Source of the DNA: Vicinamibacterales bacterium
Lineage (GTDB): Bacteria; Acidobacteriota; Vicinamibacteria; Vicinamibacterales; UBA2999
NCBI GenBank assembly: GCA_030680175.1
Contig: JAUXWO010000090.1
Span: 9,933-73,932, forward strand
Reading direction: 5' to 3'
DNA: 64,000 nt
The first letter of the stretch is position 1. Each line of letters begins with the position of its first letter. The notes below the pieces were generated by a model. It was given only the letters and a program-made list of their open reading frames with translations. It was not told the DNA's origin and ran no database searches. Below are positions 56,363-64,000 of the stretch, piece after piece. Made by a program: the position numbers and the translations under genes.

Positions 56363-58873
56363 TCACTCGTAGCGCAGCGCGATCATCGGGTCGATGCGCG
56401 ACGCCTTCAACGCCGGGATGAGGCCCGCCAGCATCGCCACGAAGGCGAGCAGGACGGCGGAGATCGCCATCACCACCGGATCGTAGCCCTCGATCTCGAA
56501 GAGCTGCGACCGGGCGGCCGTGCCGATGCCGACCGCGGCGGCCAGGCCGATGAGGCCGCCCACCACGGTCATCTTGCCCACCTGGCCGAGCAGCATCCCG
56601 CGCACCCGCGCGGCGTCAGCGCCGAGCGCCATCCGCAGCCCGATCTCCCGCGTGCGCTGCGCCACGGTGTAGGCGAGCACGCCGTACAACCCCACCGCGG
56701 CCAGCAGCGTCGCCAGCACCGCGAAGGCCGACGACAGCGTCGTGATCATGCGGTCCATGAACACGTTCTCGCGCACCTGCTGCGGCATCGTCTTGAGCTG
56801 GACCACCGGCAGGTTCGGATCGAGCCGCGCCATCGCCGGCTGGATCGACGTGAGCAGCGGCTCGGGCGCCATGGCCGTACGCACGTAGAAGTTGAGGGAC
56901 CCGAGCCGCACGTTCTGCCGGTAGGGCCGGAAGAAGAGCGGCGGCACCTCCTGCTTCACGTCGCTGTACTTGGCGTTCTGCACGATGCCGATGATCTCCG
57001 TGTCGAGATCCGTAGACGCGCCGCTCGACATGCGCCGCCCGACGGCATCGCGGCCGAGGTTGAACTTCGCGGCGAACGCCTCGTTGATGATCGCCACGCG
57101 TGGCGCGCCGAGCGCGTCGGCGTCGGTGAACTCCCGGCCGGCCATCACCACCATGCCCATCGTCCGGAAGTAGCCCGGTCCCACCTCGTTGTAGCGCGCG
57201 TTGCGGTCGGTATCGGGACCGGCCTCGAAGCCTTCCACGCGGACGTCGCTGCCCCAGTTGCTGCCGGACAGGGCCGGCACCATCGAGGCGGTCACGGCGC
57301 TCACGCCGGGAATCGCGGCGAGCGCGGCCTCGGTCGTCTCGAAGAGCTGGCGCGACTGGTCGGGCGTGTAGGCATTCAGTTCAGGCGAGATGCCGAACGT
57401 GATCATCTGCTCGACGTCCAGGCCGAGATCGACCCGGCTCACGTTCATCAGGCTCTTCGTGAACAGGCCCGCCGACATGAGCAGCGCCATCGATAGCGCG
57501 ATCTGGACCGTTGCCAGCGTCGTACGGAAGCGCGTCGCCGATCGCGCGCCGGACGGCTGGCCCGACGTGCCCTTGAGGGTGGTCAGCAGATCGGGCCGCG
57601 TCGCATGGATCGCCGGGAACAGCCCGAAGAGGACGCCGGTGGCGAGTGACAACCCCGCCGCGAACAGCAGCGCCGTGCCGCTCAGCTCGTACGCGATCGT
57701 CTCGGCGGCCTGCGGCGGGAGGAGCATCCCGATACCGGCGAGCGTCCAGCGCGCCACGAGCAGCCCCGCCAGGCCGCCCAGCACCGCCAGCAGGCACGAC
57801 TCGGTCAGCAGCTGGCCCACGAGCTGACGGCGGCTGGCGCCGATCGACAGCCGCACCGCCATCTCGCCCGCCCGGCCGGCCGCGCGCGCGAGCAGCAGGT
57901 TCGCGATGTTCGCGCAGGCGATGAGCAGCACGACCCCGGTGACGGTGAGCAGCAGGAGCAGCGGCACCTGCGCGTTCGCGTGCAGGTTGCTTTGCCCGCG
58001 GGACCCCTCTTCGAGGCCCACCTGCTTGGCGCGGAACTGCGCCATCGCCTGATCGCTCATGCCGGTCTGAAGCGGCGCCTCGAGCTCGTTGATGAGGTTG
58101 CGGTACGGGCCGTTGATCCCGGTGGCGGCCTGCTCCATCGACACGCCGGGCCTGAGGCGCCCGAACAGGTACACCCAGTAGCTGCGCCGGTCCTCGAAGC
58201 CGTTGTAGTCCTCGCGCACGAACCCGGGCTGCATCAGCCCCCGCATCGTGAGCGGGACGAACACGGTCGGCCGGGTGCCGAGCGTCGTGCCCGTGAAGCC
58301 GTCGGGCGCGACACCGACGACCGTCATCGACTGCCCGTTGACGATCATCGTCTCGTTGAGAATCCCGGGATTCTGATTGAAGCGGCGCCGCCAGAAGTCG
58401 TGGCTGAGCACCACGACCTGCGACTGGCCGATTGCCCCATCGTCCTGGGGCCCGAAGAGGCGGCCGGCGGCGGGCACGAGTCCGAGGACCTGGAAGTAGC
58501 TGCCCGAGACCAGCATCCCGTCCTCGGCCGTCGTCTGCCCCTCGTAGGACAGGTTCGCGCCGAACGTCCGGTGCGCGGCCAGGCCGGTCAGGACCTGCTG
58601 CTCACGCTCGAGGTCCCGGAACATGCCGTAGCTGAAGACGGCCGAGCAGTTGCCGGCCTGGTTACAGGAGGTCGAGCCGGGCTTGGGCCCGGGCGCCGTC
58701 AGGCTGACCAGCTCGCGCGGCGCCGGCACCGGCAGCGGCTTCAGCAGCATCTGGTCGAAGAGCGAGAAGATGGCCGCATTGGCCCCGATCCCGAGCGCCA
58801 GCGACACGATGGCGACCACGGTGACGAACGGGGTCTTGAAGAGGGTGCGGAGCGCGAGCTTCAGCTGTCTCAT
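56363..58873 (-). CDS. ADOP-family duplicated orphan permease (MacB-like, FtsX x2, no adjacent ATPase)
   Basis: The N-terminus MRQLKLALRTLFKTPFVTVVAIVSLALGIGANAAIFSLFDQMLLKPLPV is the characteristic acidobacterial ADOP leader. The protein is 836 aa. Confidence 0.9.
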   Translation of the reverse strand: MRQLKLALRTLFKTPFVTVVAIVSLALGIGANAAIFSLFDQMLLKPLPVPAPRELVSLTAPGPKPGSTSCNQAGNCSAVFSYGMFRDLEREQQVLTGLAAHRTFGANLSYEGQTTAEDGMLVSGSYFQVLGLVPAAGRLFGPQDDGAIGQSQVVVLSHDFWRRRFNQNPGILNETMIVNGQSMTVVGVAPDGFTGTTLGTRPTVFVPLTMRGLMQPGFVREDYNGFEDRRSYWVYLFGRLRPGVSMEQAATGINGPYRNLINELEAPLQTGMSDQAMAQFRAKQVGLEEGSRGQSNLHANAQVPLLLLLTVTGVVLLIACANIANLLLARAAGRAGEMAVRLSIGASRRQLVGQLLTESCLLAVLGGLAGLLVARWTLAGIGMLLPPQAAETIAYELSGTALLFAAGLSLATGVLFGLFPAIHATRPDLLTTLKGTSGQPSGARSATRFRTTLATVQIALSMALLMSAGLFTKSLMNVSRVDLGLDVEQMITFGISPELNAYTPDQSRQLFETTEAALAAIPGVSAVTASMVPALSGSNWGSDVRVEGFEAGPDTDRNARYNEVGPGYFRTMGMVVMAGREFTDADALGAPRVAIINEAFAAKFNLGRDAVGRRMSSGASTDLDTEIIGIVQNAKYSDVKQEVPPLFFRPYRQNVRLGSLNFYVRTAMAPEPLLTSIQPAMARLDPNLPVVQLKTMPQQVRENVFMDRMITTLSSAFAVLATLLAAVGLYGVLAYTVAQRTREIGLRMALGADAARVRGMLLGQVGKMTVVGGLIGLAAAVGIGTAARSQLFEIEGYDPVVMAISAVLLAFVAMLAGLIPALKASRIDPMIALRYE

Positions 58874-59088
58874 GTGTTGGACCTACGTCGGTCTTTGACG
58901 AGGCTCAGCCGTGAAAAGTTGAGCGGAACCGCCCCAGCCCGGCCGTGCGCGCGAAATCGTGCATCGCGGGGCCGATTCGGCTTGCCGAGGTCCGGCGCGG
59001 CGAGTACCAATAAGGAAGTTTCGAACGCGACACGGTCGGTGTTGACCGTCCCCCGCCACCCGAGTTCAAGCGTTCCAAGGGGGCACCT

Positions 59089-59364
59089 GTGGCACTGCTT
59101 TCCCGTACTTCCAGCACGACACGGATCGACATCCGCGTGCGCGCGATCGACGAGCGGCGCCTGCTCGATCGCATCCGTGCCGAATTTCTGGAGATGCCGG
59201 GGCTTGACCTGACGCCGGCCCAGGCCCAGCGGCTCTGGGGCCTCGACCAGCTGACGTGCGAGTACCTGTGCGGACGGCTGCTCGAGGACGGCTTCCTCTG
59301 CCGCACGTCGCGCGGCACCTTCGTCAGGCGGGACACGGCCCGCCCTCGCACACAGATGAACTGA
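59089..59364 (+). CDS. Hypothetical small protein (possible winged-helix)
   Basis: The protein is 91 aa with a GTG start. The pattern EFLEMPGLDLTPAQAQRLWGLDQLTCEYLCGRLLEDGFLCRTSRGTFVR resembles a recurrent small conserved family. This is recalled only by pattern. Confidence 0.4.
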   Translation: MALLSRTSSTTRIDIRVRAIDERRLLDRIRAEFLEMPGLDLTPAQAQRLWGLDQLTCEYLCGRLLEDGFLCRTSRGTFVRRDTARPRTQMN

Positions 59365-59392
59365 TCGTCCGGGACCTGCCGCCGCCCCGCGC

Positions 59393-60448
59393 CTAGCGGA
59401 AGCGGTGCTGCAGCGTCTCGAGGGCCGCGCTGCCGGGGCACAGCTGCTCATACGGGAGCTGCACCAGCGGCGTCGACACCGTGCCGGCCTGCGCGTGCAT
59501 GTCGGCCGCCCCCGGCGCGATGTGCAGCAGGCCGGTCACCACCTCGTTGCGGCGCTGGTGTTCCCGGATGAAGGCATACGCCCGGTCACGGTCCAGCGGA
59601 TCGTAGTCCTCGGCCACCTTCCGCAGCCGCAGCCAGCTGCCGTCGTGCAGCATCACATTTCGCGCGCTGCCCGGATCGTAGTCCGTCGTGATCTCGCTCC
59701 GCGGCGGCACGAAATCCGCCTGCACCACCTCGACATTGTGCTCGCGCGTATAGGCGTAGCTCTTCGTCGACCCTTCGTGGTCGTTGAAGGTCACGCAGGG
59801 CGAGATGACGTCGATGAAGGCGAACCCCTGGTGCGTGAGGCCGGCCTTCAGGATGGGCACGAGCTGCGCCTTGTCGCCCGAGAAGCTCCGCGCCACGAAC
59901 GTCGCGCCGAGCGAGAGCGCCAGCAGGCAGCCGTCGATGGGCTCCATCGCGTTGGCCTCGCCCTTCTTGCTCGTGGACCCGCGGTCGGCGGAGGCCGAGA
60001 ACTGGCCTTTCGTGAGCCCGTACACGCCGTTGTTCTCCAGCACGTAGAGCAGGTTCACGTTGCGGCGGATCGCGTGGCACATCTGGCCGAGCCCAATCGA
60101 CAGCGAATCGCCGTCGCCCGACACGCCGATGTAGAGGATGTCGCCGTTGGCGGCGTTGGCGCCGGTCGCGAGCGCGGGCATGCGCCCGTGCACGCTGTTG
60201 AAGCCGTGGGCCTCCTTCAGGAAGTAGGTCGGCGTCTTCGACGAGCACCCGATGCCCGAGAGCTTGGCCACCTTGTACGGCGCGATGTCGAGCTCCCAGA
60301 AGGCCTGGTTGATCGCCGCGGTCACGGAATCGTGCCCGCACCCGGCGCAGAGGGTGGACATCGACCCCTCGTAGTCGCGCCGCGTGAGCCCGATCGCGTT
60401 CTTCTGCAGCGAGGGATGATGAACGGCCGGCTTGGGAATGTACGTCAT
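59393..60448 (-). CDS. korB: 2-oxoacid:ferredoxin oxidoreductase subunit beta
   Basis: CAGCGHDS and GIGCSS are TPP/Fe-S region motifs, and GDGDSLSIG is the TPP-binding GDG motif. The protein is 351 aa. Confidence 0.9.
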   Translation of the reverse strand: MTYIPKPAVHHPSLQKNAIGLTRRDYEGSMSTLCAGCGHDSVTAAINQAFWELDIAPYKVAKLSGIGCSSKTPTYFLKEAHGFNSVHGRMPALATGANAANGDILYIGVSGDGDSLSIGLGQMCHAIRRNVNLLYVLENNGVYGLTKGQFSASADRGSTSKKGEANAMEPIDGCLLALSLGATFVARSFSGDKAQLVPILKAGLTHQGFAFIDVISPCVTFNDHEGSTKSYAYTREHNVEVVQADFVPPRSEITTDYDPGSARNVMLHDGSWLRLRKVAEDYDPLDRDRAYAFIREHQRRNEVVTGLLHIAPGAADMHAQAGTVSTPLVQLPYEQLCPGSAALETLQHRFR

Positions 60449-60473
60449 AGGCCTTCTGCTGCCTTCTGCCTGT

Positions 60474-60585
60474 GCTAGTGGAGTGTATCGACTGAAGAGG
60501 TACTACCAGCGCTTCTGCTCAGCCGCGATTCCGCGGGCCGCCCAACGGGCGGCCCGGTAGTAGATCGTCAACGACACCCCACTAG
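60474..60585. repeat. ~112-bp palindromic MITE/REP-like element, copy B
   Basis: It differs from copy A (13642-13753) at about five positions. It is bounded by ctag...ctag. The right-hand ctag contains the korA stop codon. Confidence 0.85.
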
Positions 60586-62378
60586 GCCGCCTTGTCGATT
60601 TTCGCCCGGACGCCCGTCACCACGTGGTGGGCGCTCATCGGGAAGCCGCCGTAGTACCGCACCGAGTGCAGCCGGTCGAGCGGCACAGCGGTCTCGAGCG
60701 TCAGCAGGTTACGGAGCTGCCCGTCGCGGTTCTGCTCCACCACGAAGTTCACCTCGTGCGCCTCGAGGAACTGCCGCACATCGTCGCCGAACGGGAACCC
60801 GCGCACGCGCATGAAGTCGAGGGCGATGCCCTCACGCTCGAGCAGGTCGAGCGCCTCTACGCACGCCGCGTGGCAGCCGCCGATCGTCACGACGCCCATC
60901 GTGGCGCCCGGCCGGTGGCGGATGACGGGCGCGGGGACGGCCGCGGCGGCGTTCTGGATCTTGCGGGCGATCCGATCGACGACGTCCGTGTACTCCTCGT
61001 CGTCTTCGGTGTAGCGGCCGAAGCGGTTGTGGCCGGAGCCGCGCGCGAAGTAGGCGCCGTTCGGGTGCACCCCCGGCAGGGTGCGCGCGGCGATTCCGTC
61101 GCCATCGGCATCGACATACCGGTAGAACGCCTTGAGGGACTCCAGTTCCTCGACGCCGAGCACCTTGCCCCGGTCCGGACGGTAGGTGTCATCCCAGGTG
61201 AGCTTCGGGACCATCCAGTCGTTCATGCCGATGTCGAGATCGGTCAGCACGAAGACGGGTGTCTGAAAGCGCTCGGCCAGATCGAAGGCCGCGACGGCGA
61301 ACTCGAACGCCTCCCGGGGGTCGGACGGATAGAGGCAGACGTGCCGCGTGTCCCCATGGGAGGCATACGCGCACATCATCAGATCGCCCTGCTGCGTGCG
61401 TGTGGGCATCCCCGTGGACGGGCCCGTGCGCTGGACATCGAAGATCACGGCCGGCACCTCGGCGTAGTACGCCAGGCCGAGGAACTCGTTCATCAGCGAG
61501 ATGCCGGGACCGGAGGTGGGCGTGAAGGCGCGCGCGCCGGACCATCCGGCGCCGATCACCATGCCGATGGCGGCCAGTTCGTCCTCGGCCTGCAGGATCG
61601 CGTACCGGTTCTGCCTGGTCTCCGGATCGCGCCGGTACTTCTTGCAGAACCCGTTGAAGGCCTCCATCATCGAGGTGGACGGCGTGATGGGATACCACGC
61701 GCCGACGGTCGCGCCGGCGTACACGCAGCCGAGCGCCGCCGACGTGTTGCCGTCGATGAGGATCGCCTCCCGGGTTTCGTCCATCGGGGCGAGACGAATC
61801 GGCAGCGGGCAGTCGAAGTGCTCGGTGGCGTAGTCGAATCCGAGCGCGAGGGCCGCGTCGTTCGAATCGAGCAGCGCCGGCTTGGCCGCGTACTTCTCAC
61901 GGATGAGCGCCCGCACGATCTCGGTATCCATGCCGATGAGCGCCGCGAGCGCCCCGGCATAGGCGATGTTCTTCATCAGGATGCGCTCGCGCACCCCCGC
62001 GAACCGCGCGTTGCACAGCCCGGCGAGCGGCACACCGAGGTAGGTGACGTCGGGCCGCTTCAGCGCCGCATCGAGCGGCCACGTCGCGTCGAAGAGCAGC
62101 CAGCCGCCGCTGCGCACCTCGGCCACGTCCCGGGCGTAGGTCGCGGGATTGAGGGCGACCATCAGGTCGAAGTGTGGCGTCCGGGCGGTGTAGCCGTCCT
62201 TGCTGACGCGGATCTCGTACCACGTCGGCAGGCCCTGGATGTTCGACGGGAACACGTTCTTCCCCGTCACCGGCACACCCATCCGGAAGATGGCCTGCAT
62301 GATCAGCCCGTTGGCCGACGCGGACCCCGTGCCGTTCGGCGTGGCGATCTTGAAGGCGAAATCGTTCGTGCGATCCAT
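60582..62378 (-). CDS. korA: 2-oxoacid:ferredoxin oxidoreductase subunit alpha
   Basis: The protein is 598 aa. The N-terminal gamma-like domain (IATPNGTGSASANGL) is fused to the alpha domain (AWYPITPST), typical of KorA. Confidence 0.9.
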   Translation of the reverse strand: MDRTNDFAFKIATPNGTGSASANGLIMQAIFRMGVPVTGKNVFPSNIQGLPTWYEIRVSKDGYTARTPHFDLMVALNPATYARDVAEVRSGGWLLFDATWPLDAALKRPDVTYLGVPLAGLCNARFAGVRERILMKNIAYAGALAALIGMDTEIVRALIREKYAAKPALLDSNDAALALGFDYATEHFDCPLPIRLAPMDETREAILIDGNTSAALGCVYAGATVGAWYPITPSTSMMEAFNGFCKKYRRDPETRQNRYAILQAEDELAAIGMVIGAGWSGARAFTPTSGPGISLMNEFLGLAYYAEVPAVIFDVQRTGPSTGMPTRTQQGDLMMCAYASHGDTRHVCLYPSDPREAFEFAVAAFDLAERFQTPVFVLTDLDIGMNDWMVPKLTWDDTYRPDRGKVLGVEELESLKAFYRYVDADGDGIAARTLPGVHPNGAYFARGSGHNRFGRYTEDDEEYTDVVDRIARKIQNAAAAVPAPVIRHRPGATMGVVTIGGCHAACVEALDLLEREGIALDFMRVRGFPFGDDVRQFLEAHEVNFVVEQNRDGQLRNLLTLETAVPLDRLHSVRYYGGFPMSAHHVVTGVRAKIDKAA

Positions 62379-62387
62379 ACGGGTCTC

Positions 62388-62478
62388 GTCTATCGGCTAT
62401 CGGCGCTCAGCTATCGGCTTTCGGCTTTCGGCTTTCGGCTGCCTTTTCGCATTTCGCATTTCGCATTTTGCATTCCGC
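62388..62478. repeat. Composite array: CGGCTNT heptamers then CGCATTT heptamers
   Basis: The units read ctatcggctatcggcgctcagctatcggctttcggctttcggctttcggct gccttttcgcatttcgcatttcgcattttgcattccg. Confidence 0.9.
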
Positions 62479-62484
62479 CCCCAG

Positions 62485-64000
62485 CTATCCCACCGGGGTG
62501 GGGACGGGCGTGCCGGCGTAGGGAATCTGCACGAGGGACTTGCGCATGTCCCAGGCGTAGGTGGGACACCGCTCGGCGCACAACCCGCAGTGCAGGCACA
62601 CGTTCTCGTCCTTCACCATGACGCGGCCGGTCTGCTTCAGCCCGCCCGAGACGAAGAGCGGCTGGTCCAGGTTGTCTGCCGGGGCGAGCAGGCGCTGGCG
62701 CAGGTCGGGCTCCTCCCCGTTCGGCACAATGGTGAGGCAGTCCACGGGGCAGATGTCGATGCAGGCGTCGCATTCGATGCACAACCTGTCGGTGAAATGC
62801 GTCTGCACGTCGCAGTTCAGGCAGCGCTGCACCTCGGCGCGCGTCTGCTCCGGCGTGAAGCCCTTCTCCACCTCGATGGTCATCTGCGCGAAGCGATCCG
62901 GCATGTCCGCGTGCACCATCTTCTGGCGCACCACCGGGTCGTAGTTGTTGCTGTACGACCACTCGTGCAACCCCATCTTGGTGCTGGTGAGCGTGATCCC
63001 GCGCGCCGGCCGCTCCGTGACCGGCAGCCCCTGGCAGAACTGGTGGATCGAGATCGCGGCCTGGTGGCCGTGCTCCACCGCCCAGATGATGTTCAGCGGC
63101 CCGAAGGCGGCATCACCGCCGAAGAATACGCCCTCGCGTGTGCTCATGAAGGTCGTCTTGTCGACAACCGGCATGTCCCACTTCGGGTCGAAGTCGAGTC
63201 CGATGTCGCGTTCGATCCATGGGAACGCGTTGTCCTGGCCGATCGCGAGCACGACCGCATCGCACGGGAGGATCTCGCGGCCGATCACCTCCTGCCGCAG
63301 CTTGCCGTCGATCTCCTGCGACGAGAACCGGTCGAACTCCATGCCCACCAGCCGGCCGTCCTCGTACACGAACCGCACGGGCTGCAGATTCTCGACGATC
63401 TCGACGCCTTCCTCCTCGGCGTCCTCGAGCTCCCAGGGCGAGGCCTTGAAGTACTTGCGCGTCTTGCGGGCGACCACCTTCACGTCGGTGGCGCCGAGCC
63501 GCTTCGACGAACGGCAGCAATCCATCGCCGTGTTGCCCACGCCGATGATGAGCACCTTGGGCCCGATCGACGACACGTGCCCGAAGTGAATGGCCTCGAG
63601 CCACTCGATGCCGATGAAGATCTGATCGCTGTCCCAGCGCCCGGGGATGTCCAGTTCCTTGCCCTTCGGCGCGCCGCTGCCCACGAACACGGCGTCGAAC
63701 GCGCGCGTGTCGAGCAGCGCCTTCAGGCTCTCGACGGGCGCTTCGTACCGCACCTCCACGCCCATGTCGACGATGTAGCCGATCTCTTCGTCGAGGACGG
63801 TCTCGGGCAGCCGGAAGGCGGGGATGTTGGTGCGCATCAACCCGCCCGGCCGCGGCAGCTTCTCGAAGATCGTGCACTGATAGCCGAGCGGCATCAGGTC
63901 GTTGGCCACGGTGAGCGAGGCCGGGCCCGCACCGACGAGCGCCACCTTCTTGCCGTTCTTCTCGGTGGCGCCCTTCGGCACCAGGTGCTTCACCTCGTCG
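62485..64000 (-). CDS. GltD-like FAD/NAD(P)H oxidoreductase with C-terminal 2x[4Fe-4S] ferredoxin domain (5' end outside window)
   Basis: KVALVGAGPASLTVA and VLIIGVGNTAMDC are dinucleotide-binding motifs. The C-terminal Cys clusters are CLNCD...CIECDACIDICP and CLHCGLCAERCP. The frame stays open to the window edge. Confidence 0.85.
   Translation of the reverse strand, partial: DEVKHLVPKGATEKNGKKVALVGAGPASLTVANDLMPLGYQCTIFEKLPRPGGLMRTNIPAFRLPETVLDEEIGYIVDMGVEVRYEAPVESLKALLDTRAFDAVFVGSGAPKGKELDIPGRWDSDQIFIGIEWLEAIHFGHVSSIGPKVLIIGVGNTAMDCCRSSKRLGATDVKVVARKTRKYFKASPWELEDAEEEGVEIVENLQPVRFVYEDGRLVGMEFDRFSSQEIDGKLRQEVIGREILPCDAVVLAIGQDNAFPWIERDIGLDFDPKWDMPVVDKTTFMSTREGVFFGGDAAFGPLNIIWAVEHGHQAAISIHQFCQGLPVTERPARGITLTSTKMGLHEWSYSNNYDPVVRQKMVHADMPDRFAQMTIEVEKGFTPEQTRAEVQRCLNCDVQTHFTDRLCIECDACIDICPVDCLTIVPNGEEPDLRQRLLAPADNLDQPLFVSGGLKQTGRVMVKDENVCLHCGLCAERCPTYAWDMRKSLVQIPYAGTPVPTPVG

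Noticed and set aside
60624-62621. 665-aa plus-strand ORF opposite korA
   Set aside because: It is an antisense shadow and also reads through the heptamer array at 62388-62478.

Overview
The window is very GC-rich chromosomal DNA, mostly housekeeping genes. Its content suggests Acidobacteriota: an ADOP-type duplicated orphan permease, a fused MFS/spermidine synthase, and a split hldA/hldC ADP-heptose pathway.

**Gene content, left to right**
- A long minus-strand string (10644 to 947): PBP1A, holB, pdxA, smpB, rmlA, cysD, cysNC and a sugar epimerase.
- A Uma2 nuclease and an AI-2E transporter.
- A sortase with its LPRTAS-tailed substrate.
- tRNA-Asp and tRNA-Val.
- An LPS inner-core/lipid A cluster: waaC-like, hldC, hldA, gmhB, waaF, lpxL, lpxK, waaA.
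- gap-pgk-tpiA-secG followed by tRNA-Leu.
- A small accessory islet next to tRNA-Leu, carrying a 521-aa Fic protein.
- A complete Na+-NQR operon (nqrABCDEF-apbE-nqrM).
- M24 peptidase, DUF3014, amidase, GH15, an RRM protein and a 7TM-PAS histidine kinase.
- A YbbA/YbbP-like ABC exporter, HlyD adaptor and fused MFS/spermidine synthase.
- A queD-like gene, dps, an ADOP permease, and korAB with a GltD-like Fe-S flavoprotein.

**Main non-genic signals**
1. Fourteen arrays of 7-8 nt tandem repeats, in several sequence families, sit almost only in spacers between co-directional genes. Some form long inverted-arm hairpins and two are canonical G-quadruplex motifs.
2. A ~112-bp palindromic MITE/REP-like element is present as two ~95% identical copies plus one half copy. 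In each full copy the flanking CTAG contains the stop codon of the upstream gene.
3. Directly after tRNA-Leu there are 3.3 tandem copies of a 115-bp unit. Each unit carries a terminator hairpin and a mimic of the tRNA 3' end. An AT-rich junction and the Fic gene follow.

I found no CRISPR array, integrase, transposase or rRNA. All protein calls rest on motif recognition by eye, and no database search was run. Many long ORFs in the track are antisense or out-of-frame shadows typical of high-GC DNA and were rejected.
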